Positions 54,672 to 64,000 of a stretch of DNA of 64,000 bases are shown here, piece by piece. The position numbers were made by a program, and so were the translations under genes. The stretch's first letter is position 1. Each line of letters starts with the position of its first letter. Origin of the DNA: Octopus sinensis (Eukaryota); assembly GCF_006345805.1 (NCBI RefSeq), contig NC_043000.1, positions 84,320,001-84,384,000 of the forward strand. Direction: 5' to 3'. The notes under the pieces are model-generated. The model did not search any database and was not told where the DNA came from. It was given only the letters and a program-made list of their open reading frames with translations.

Positions 54672-54939
54672 TATGTGTATATTTTTTGTGTGTGTGTGTG
54701 TGTATGTGTGTGTGTATGTGTGTGTGTGTGCGTGTGTGTTTGTGTGTGTTTGTGAGTGTGCGATAAGTGAACCGCGATATGGTGGAGGTTTGCTCTATAT
54801 ATGTATGTGTGTGTGTAGTTTACTTATCGACAATTTGACGATGTATTATGTCGCCTTCTTTCAGGAGCAACCTGATGTATCGGTGAAGAGACTTTACTGG
54901 TTAAAAGTGTATTTGAGAAAAATTTAGCTGACTTAGTCA

Positions 54940-55631
54940 ACTGGAAGTCATCACAATATTGGCGAAGAGTTATGTATATCATTATGATTCGCACCAGTGA
55001 TCAACATGCTGACAGCATGACTGTTGCTCAATATTCTGTGAACACTGTAAAAGCTGTAAGATGTGACATGGGTAGCTGCAACGGAGACTAAGAAACCGTA
55101 GGCAGCAGGAAAGGACACAGCAGCGTTCTATATGCGTCTGCATGCCGCATTTTTCATCCCCAAATCTTTGAACAGGGCCAATGAAGCTACTGGTGAATAT
55201 GGTCAATCTCTGCTTGTAGAGGCTTGCTGCTGGAAAGCTATATGTGGTGAAACAGTATTCAGCTCCTTGCTATTATCCGGAAAAAGTCAGAAGTGGATGT
55301 CGGAGAATTTCTATACCTTCATCAGCCCCAAATACTGGCCTACTAATTCTCCCGATTGTAATCGCATGGATTATAAGTGGGACGCGGTTGAGAAAGACAC
55401 ACGACCCTGCCTAAAGGCGTTTGAAGGACACTGTGAGGAACACATGCACCAAATTCCGGAGCTGTTTTGAGGCCATGGTGAAAGCTGTTGGCGACTACTT
55501 TGACTAAACTGCTATCTCCTAGTCATAATTTTGTTGATAGTTTTTAATATTTTAAAATAATTTCTATTTTAGAGAGAACATTTCGTTTTCTTTTCCTTTT
55601 ATGCAAACTTTCAAATTTAGCCTGGAAACCC
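54940..55631 (+). mobile_element. Tc1/mariner DD37D (maT)-type transposon, decayed
   Basis: KSQKWMSENF..YWPTNSPDCNRMDYKWDAVEKDT; right end aaatttagcctggaaaccc-ta resembles the TIRs of the other copies. Confidence 0.7.
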
Positions 55632-56197
55632 TATACATATAAACCGGCATTGTTTTATGGTTAAGAAGCTCACTTTGCAAGCATATAGTTTTGGGTTCGG
55701 TTTCACATCATGGCACTCTGGACAAGTGTTTTTTAGTATAGCCCTGGACCAACAAATACCTTCTGAGTAAATTTAAGGGTGGATGCCGTGTGGAAGCCAA
55801 CTGCACACACAGACGCACGCAGAAACACATACACACATATATTTAGTAGATAAATATAGATATAGCACGGTTATATATACACATACGCAAACATGTATAT
55901 GCATACATACATACATGCATATATACAAACAAACAAAAGAACATACATGCATACATACAGACAGACAGACTTGCAAACATACATACATGCATACATACAT
56001 ACATACAGACAGACAGGCATATGTATGTGTGTGTCTATGTTTGTGCTTGTTCCTCACCACCGCTTGATAATGTTCAACATGGACACAGTTCAATGAGTGA
56101 AACAGGTAAAAATCTTGAAGGCATTGGCTTCTCGCTTTATCAGTGACCATGTTGAATTTTGTAAAGAGAAAAATCATAAATATACAAATATAATGGC

Positions 56198-56880
<683 letters not shown>

Positions 56881-57293
56881 AAAATAACTTAAAGAATCAT
56901 ACATATATTGAAACCACAATGATTTCCAATCATACACCTGATGATAAGGTGTCTATGTTTGTTTAGATAAAATTTATATAATCGTGAAGTATATGTAGTT
57001 GTTCGCTCTTCAGTGTGTTCTGCATGATTCTTATAGCACCCTTTGTTGCCGTAATCTGTTTCGGACCCTCTTATTGCCTGGTGTGTGGCTGGGTTAAATA
57101 TTCGTTGTTTTTGTTTCATTTGAAGCCAGAGTTTTTAGAGTCAGGTATTAAATTGGATCTAAATGAAAGTTTGTATCTTTATTTAGTTATTAGATGCAGT
57201 ACATTAGGATGTTAATGACATTAGAATTACTGGGTTAGATATTAGCTAGCTTAGTAAATTATGTGTATGTATATGTATGTAATATATATAACG

Positions 57294-57366
<73 letters not shown>

Positions 57367-57393
57367 GTGTATGTATGTAGGCATACACATGCA

Positions 57394-57427
<34 letters not shown>

Positions 57428-58260
57428 CAGAGAGAGGGAGAGAGATAAGCACACATCTGAAAGTTTTACTTCCACAACATGTCTATTTAAAACAAAACAA
57501 CATTTCAAGTAATATTTCTCCACGAGAAAATAGCTGTGTGGAAAATGTCATGGTATAATGAGAAGATCTGCTGATATGACAAAAATATCTGAGTAGATAA
57601 GTTGTAGGAAAATAAATTAGATGAAAGGACAAACGAAATTAAGAAGCGAAAGAGGAAATAAGAAACTGTTTGAAGTAGAGACGTGTGTAGAAAACGTATC
57701 AAAGTATAATTCAATAGATTCATATCAAACACAGCGGAACTGTTTCACAGAAAAGGCATACATAGTATAAAGTTAACAAAGAGACAGAAGCGCCAAACAT
57801 GTGTGTGTGTGGTGTGTGTGTGTCTGTGTGTGTGTGTGTGTGTCTGTATGTGTGTGTGTGTGTGTCTGTGTGTGTGTGTGTGTGTAACGTGTGTATATGT
57901 ATTAGTATCAATATATGTTTCTTTGTTTGGATACCTTTAACTTTTGAAGAGTTCAAGCCAGGGACTAACAAGGTGTCAAAGGCACTTTTATGTAGATTAA
58001 GACATCATTTGGGAAGCTTCGGTAAATGAATTGGTTAGTGTATGATTCGTGCTTGCGTGAGAGAGAGAGAGCGAGAGAGAGAGAGAGCGAGAGCGAGAGA
58101 GAGAGAGCGAGAGCGAGAGAGAGAGAGAGCGACAGGGGAGGGAGAGACAGTGAGTGTGTGGTGTGTGTGTGTGTGTGGATAAATTTGTACTCATGATGTT
58201 GCCGTGCAATCTCTTTTCGTACACAATTGTGTGTACTTCAATTCTGTTAATCTATGTTTG

Positions 58261-58296
<36 letters not shown>

Positions 58297-58349
58297 CGTG
58301 TATACTTGATAAGTGCATTTATTTAGTCAAACAGAGAAATTCCAGGTTT

Positions 58350-59480
58350 TATTCACTGTACTTCTTACTTCTTATCGAATGCATTCCGAGAATGCGAACC
58401 ACTTGGCTTTGTGTTTTCTTGGAGAACGCCATGATTTCTGGGATTTCATGTAAATGTGGTCTTACGTAGCCCAGTGAACCTACGATAAAAGGTAAAAATA
58501 AAAATCTACATTCTGCATGTTTCTTAGATTTCCATAAAGCTTCTCCTTTTAGTTAATTTTTTATAAGACATTCACATTCTTCACACAGCTGACCTCTGTA
58601 ACTGTGCATGGTTTTCGCCACAACTATATCTGGTCCGTTGTGTTCACACCGGTTGATATCTTATTGGAACGTTCCACCAGTATTCTGTAGTATTAACGGT
58701 CTGGATATATTTCAATCACGTTTGTGTCTCTGGTATGGCCGTCAGGACAATCTTCCCGTTTTAAGCAAGAATTCCATACCCTTTAAGAAAGCAGCAGCAG
58801 CGAAGGTTTTTGTATTGTTGCAGATGATACAGATGACAACTACCATACTGTTATGGCACATTGCACATTTTCTTTCATAACATGGTGGTCAAGAGGCATC
58901 CTTATATCTCTTGTTGATCAGATATCTACTAGCTGTCTCCTGTTTTTGAATAGCAATGGTATAACCTTCTAGTATATATAAGGCGGCGAGCTGGCAGAAT
59001 CGTTAGCACGCCGGGCTGAATATGTAACGGCATTTCACCCGTCTTCAGGTTCTGAGTTCAAATTCTGCTGAGGTCGACTTTGCCTTTCATCATGTTAAGG
59101 TCGATAAAATGAGTAACAGTTGAGTACTAGGAACTTACTAGTTATTATTAGCATATTACCATTCCATGTTGCAGATTGATTCAAGTATCCAGTCTAGCAT
59201 CCCAAATGTTGTTACTAGCACTGCTACTGCGAAAACATTGTGGAATATGGTTTGATCGAATGCAGACAGGTCTAACTTCCAAAACTCTCCAAAGTCTACG
59301 AAAGTATTCGTTCGTCGTTATGTTAGCTTTACTCAGAACAGCAACATTCTGTCAATTCCAAGGTATATGTAACATTCATCACTTGTAATAGAAGTGATAA
59401 ACAGACAAATTGCCATAAATATGCCTTGTCTTGTTAGCCATCTTTCGTAACCAAATTCCAAGCTTATGTTTAGTGAAAAT
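58350..59480 (-). mobile_element. R4/Dong-type non-LTR retrotransposon remnant interrupted by a SINE
   Basis: ECYIYLGID..EYFRRL..FAVAVLVTTFGMLDW; AIQKQ; EHNGPDIVV; PFIVGSLGYV. Family-1 SINE inserted at 58981-59130. Confidence 0.7.
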
Positions 59481-59824
59481 GTTGTGACTCGTTGTAACTG
59501 TCCTTTGGTGTCATGGAATTAATTGAGTACAATTTAAGGACATTAATAATGTGCGGGTTACATTATTTTTCTCTTCAACAAATCCTAGCTTGTGTTCTTT
59601 GTATTTCCTTAGCAGGTCAGACAAGAGGCTCACAGTTACAATGTAAAGAGTTACAGATAAGCCGCCAACTTAAAATATCTCTGCTGATAACCTAACTCCG
59701 TTTGTGACGAGTGATTAAAGATATGGCTTCAGTTCTTATTGTTTTCTATCTATCTACCTGTCTATCTGTCTGTCTATTTGTTTCTCTCTCTCTCCTTCTC
59801 TCTCTCCCTCTCGCTCCCTATATA

Positions 59825-59884
<60 letters not shown>

Positions 59885-60075
59885 ATACATATGTATATAC
59901 CTATCCTAGGGTCATTCAACCCTATTATCAACCCTATTATCTCCCCTTATTTCGCTCTCGCGTCTCATGTTTGATCTTTGACCTCTGGCCGAAATCGGAT
60001 CGCCATGTTGATTCGTTAGTTAATGCACGCATTTTTTTTCTCTCCTTCTTTCTGTGTTTTTTTTCTCTCTGTGTA

Positions 60076-60113
60076 TCTTTCTGTTGAAGAGCGTAGGCTT
60101 GAAACGTTAAAGA
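60076..60113 (+). ncRNA. Minimal type I hammerhead-like motif, A6U variant
   Basis: TCTTT CTGTTGA a GAGC gtag GCTT GAAACGTT AAAGA: 5-bp stem I, 4-bp stem II, ACGT stem III. Confidence 0.5.
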
Positions 60114-60229
60114 CTTGTTTTATTTATATTTCCTGAGCGCCATACTAATACAATTGTTTGTTTGTTTTCCACCTGCCTTCGTCTTTTGTCTATTTTCATA
60201 AAGCTTCCCGTTATATATATATATATATA

Positions 60230-60298
<69 letters not shown>

Positions 60299-60454
60299 AG
60301 TATATATATGTAAGAGATAATGGTGTCATTGGGACCCAAAGGTGTCAGGTAATGCTGAATAAGTGCTATAGACAGACCATAGTTAAGGTCCAGATTCGGT
60401 AATATTGCGAATAAAGGGTTCAACGTTGGTTCTATGTCAGCGTGTGTATATAAG

Positions 60455-60751
60455 AATTTTTTGCGTAATAAGATAAAAAAACCAAGGCTGTATAGATATT
60501 AGAGCATTTATAGATAGAATGTTTTATAGCAGTTTCTAGGATATTGATGAATAAGGTCCCTTCATCGGCAACGGTGTGAGAGGAAATTTTGTATCACATC
60601 TACACTAACTATGACTTAATTTTCCTCTCACACCGTTTCCGATGAAGGGATATTATTAATCAATATCCTAGAAACAGCTGTAAGACCTTCTATCTATAAA
60701 TGCTCTAATATATATACACCCTTGGTTTTTTATCTTATTACGCAAAAAATT
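60455..60751. mobile_element. Inverted (hairpin) PLE pseudo-LTR pair
   Basis: Arms about 60455-60588 and 60618-60751, each carrying an outward-facing HHR motif; flanked by (TA)n. Confidence 0.8.
60635..60686 (+). ncRNA. Type I hammerhead motif, U4C core (CCGAUGA)
   Basis: gttt CCGATGA a gggatatt..aatatcct a GAAAC AGCT GTA agac. Confidence 0.6.
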
Positions 60752-60845
60752 ATGTATATATATATATATATATAATTGCTAAAGAGGATAACAAATGTTA
60801 AGGCAAGACAAACATCTCAAGTTATTATTATTGGAAAAATTCAAA

Positions 60846-60901
60846 GTCTTACAGCTGTTTCTAGGATATCCCAGAGTATGGTATATTCCGTCATCGGAGA
60901 C
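60846..60901 (-). ncRNA. Type I hammerhead motif, U4C core, downstream of the GIY-YIG remnant
   Basis: gtct CCGATGA c ggaatat..ggatatcc ta GAAAC AGCT GTA agac; perfect stem I gtct/agac. Confidence 0.65.
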
Positions 60902-61759
60902 AAATAGGGAAAATGAGAAGGGTGTAGATGAATGAAATGACAAGGTAGAGGACAGGAGAAAAGGAATAAGGAGATGAAGAAAGAGCAGAAAAAGAAGCAT
61001 TAAAGTTCATTGTTCAACTTTCCGATTGTGTAGATGTTTGTCTGTAAGTCCTTAGGTGCAATCCTGTGTAAATCCATGTGGATTGGAGCCTTAATAGTGT
61101 AAATATCCAGAAATAGACGCGAACGTATCGACGTTCCGTAACAGAATGATAGCGAAGGTGGCTATTAACGGGTAAAGAGAAAGAAAAATAAATAAACAGA
61201 AAGAGGGGTAGAGAGAGTGAGGGAGGAAAGCAAGGATTGGCATTAAGGATAAAATAATGTATATAAGAATATAGTGTACAAAAATGTAATGTACAAAGAT
61301 GACCAAGAAGATAAATAAATAAATATATAACGGTAAATAAGAGAGAGGAGGAGGTAAATGAAGATAACAAAAAAGAAAGTAAAATGAAAAGAATTCGAAG
61401 AGGTGCCGGTGGTATTCTTCTAGTCTCCAGGGGTTGGGGAGGAGATGTAGTAAGTGCTTGTGTCCGTTTTATGGCTAAGGACAGTGGCTGTAGAAATATT
61501 TTTAGCAATGGAGGTATGCATGTGTAGGTATTCTTGAGTGGAGAAACGGGTTGAACGTTAAATTATTTAGGAATAAGAGTTAGAATGAAATATTGGGAAA
61601 TTATAAGGTTAAGATTATAAAAACGAATTAATGAATTAACGTTTATCTTATAAAGCGCTAAGGTAAGATAGATAGAAGAGATAAACAGGGGTATATGTTA
61701 ACGATCATGGATGTGAGTGTTATGCGTGGGTGTGGTGAATTTGCATTTGGATTTATGGA

Positions 61760-62180
61760 AGAATTTTAAAGTGCGGAAGAATTTGTGTTTACACATTGTG
61801 AAGTCTTCGTTGCGCTTGTTAAGCAATTGTGGTGAGTTATGGGTTAAAATTTTGAGGGCTTCTTTAAGCAGAGTCCACAGGTGGAGTACTGGCCCTGATA
61901 TGGGATACCAGAATCTATTATAGCCCAGAAAGGCCAATATGGTATTTTTCTATTAATTAGATGTTGTACATGACTGGCTGGTGATGTAAAATTGCTATTA
62001 TCTGTATATTTAAAGGAGTTTAAACGTGCATAATAGATTTGCTTAAAAATATGAGGCAGATCCAATGTAATAGCTATAGTTATTTACTATGTTGTGAACA
62101 GTGCATTAGTATCCAACGTTGAATCTTCTGGAATGGGCTTGAAGCGGGCAATCAGTCCCAGATCTGAAGTTGCAGCTATC
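61760..62180 (-). pseudogene. Penelope-like element GIY-YIG endonuclease (Naiad-type), decayed
   Basis: DSCNFRSGTDCPLQAHSRRFNVGY*CTVHNIVNNYSYYIG, then FKQIYYARLNSFK, WAIIDSGIPY..TCGLCL/KEALKIL..LLNKRNEDFTMCKH, matching CNCR..CPL..VVY..YIG ... C.LCL.EK..I..LN.R.E..C.H. Confidence 0.8.
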
Positions 62181-63186
62181 AGTTCTACGACTGTTAGTTG
62201 GAGAGAGAGAGATGAGGTAGTGCTACTAGTAGACAAACTAAAGGCTAGGGTTGTATTAGGTGAATCGTTCACGATATTGTTGTTATCATTGCCGTCATTT
62301 CTATTATCAATATCAACGCCAACGTTACCATTATTATTATTACTATCGTCATTAAGTTATCGGCATCGCTATTATAATAATTATTATTATTACTAGTAGC
62401 AGTAGCAGCAATAATAGTGGCCCGAATATAAATTTAGTAAAGTGAACGTGTATTTGCAAGCTGATTTAATTTCTGCCAACACTGACTTCAAGGTAAAACG
62501 CTAAGAATTTTAATATGAACGTATTTTCCGAAACTTCTAGCATAGTTCAATTAAATTTGAAGCCACATAATCATATATTGGCAACTACGGTCGATAATTA
62601 CGTGTGAGTTTCTGTCTTTTGGGGCCTCTTCACTGAAATATAAAGACTTATTAATGTCTTTTATCACTAATCTCACTATTATGGGGAAATTTCGGCTTTA
62701 CCGAGATTTAATATTGCCTAAATATGTCGCGAGATTAACTTATATTCTTCACTGAGCTAATGTTTTCTACTCTCCAAATAGATATTATGAATTAATTAGG
62801 TTTTCACTTATTAAATGTTACCCTAACTGCACATGATAAGGAAGAAATGAGAGCATTTGCAATGGTTCTATTTTAATCGATACTACTAGTATCTTCAATA
62901 AGACCGGCTTGGTTGATATTTTTGTCAACCCGTGTCATGAAACGAAACGTGGGGGAAAAACGGTTGTCCGATAATGATCAGCCGGAGGGATGACAGGTGA
63001 TTGGTTTCACACCTGATATTGACTAAGGAAAGACATTGTGAATTTAATGAAAATAGAGTCCCCTACCGAGAGAGCTCATCCTAAATCAGTGCAAAGATCG
63101 ACTATAGCATAATCACTGCAATATAAGGGTAGTACGAGGTGAAATGATATTTTCCGAAGATATATATATATATATATATATATATA

Positions 63187-63228
<42 letters not shown>

Positions 63229-64000
63229 ACTTCCAACATTTTGTTTACCATAGAAGAGAAGATTATTTTAAAATAAATATTGGAAAACTTGCGTGTTCGT
63301 ATTTCTTATAAAATATTTCGATTAACGATAATTACGATATGTTTCTATGGAATTGCTCTAAGGAAACATACCTACCCTATTGAGTGTGCGTCTGTCACTA
63401 GCAACACGTTAAGTATGATTTCGGGTATGCATAAATTATGATATTGTGTCAATGAGTTCGTGGACAAAATATATTTACTTCCTTTACAATGACATTTTGT
63501 TATTTCATTGGGGCACCCAACAAATTCCAAGATGACAGTATCGTATCTTTGAGAAATGCCAATACAAAGAAGAAAATCCTATTCTGACAATAACATTGCT
63601 TTAACTTGAATAATATTGACAGTCTGTCTGGCTTCTAATTAAATGCTATCATCGAAAATGTTACAATTCTGTGATATTGTTGGACACTATCTACCACATA
63701 ACATTTTATTCTCTTCAGAATATATTTGAATATTTCATTGGATAATTTCATTATAAGCCTCTCTCTTTTTTTATTGTTATGAGACGGTTTTATTGTTTGT
63801 AAAAGTCTTCTGCCGTTACAAAAGTCAATATACGTAGCGCATCTTTGCGTATAAAACTAGTGTGTTCGGTGAAACTAACTTACTGACACAGGCTCCCATT
63901 GGCAATCGTACTAGAGTTTCCAGCAAGAAAAGACTCTTGTTTAGATACGGTGTGATCTGTTTGGTTGGTGGCGAGTATTATTTTATGGTTCAAGGTGTAA

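Noticed and set aside
58357-58467. Apparent 111-nt symmetric minus-strand exon (SLGYVRPHLHEIPE...)
   Set aside because: It continues the R4/Dong C-terminus (PFIVGSLGYV), so it is retrotransposon sequence.

Overview
AT-rich, repeat-dense eukaryotic genomic DNA, intergenic or deep intronic. The SINE families and very high microsatellite load suggest an octopus or other coleoid cephalopod (inference from pattern recognition, not a database search). No host protein-coding gene can be confidently supported; most ORFs in the track are translations of microsatellites or decayed transposons. Recognisable content: decayed non-LTR retrotransposons (four R4/Dong-type RLE fragments, RTE fragments, one Tx1/L1-type element with ORF1 and endonuclease), three DD37D (maT) Tc1/mariner copies, a hAT (Buster/Charlie-type) deletion derivative, a pogo/Tigger-like MITE, a probable non-autonomous Helitron, several tRNA-derived SINE families, and Penelope-like element (PLE) remnants including a Naiad-type GIY-YIG endonuclease. 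The most notable signal is nine type I hammerhead ribozyme (HHR) motifs, intact to decayed, from about five sequence families, with palindromic stem III. One lies in a non-coding element with a tRNA-derived Pol III head and an HHR tail, inserted as a near-perfect head-to-head palindrome with a 13-bp target duplication (45769-46400).
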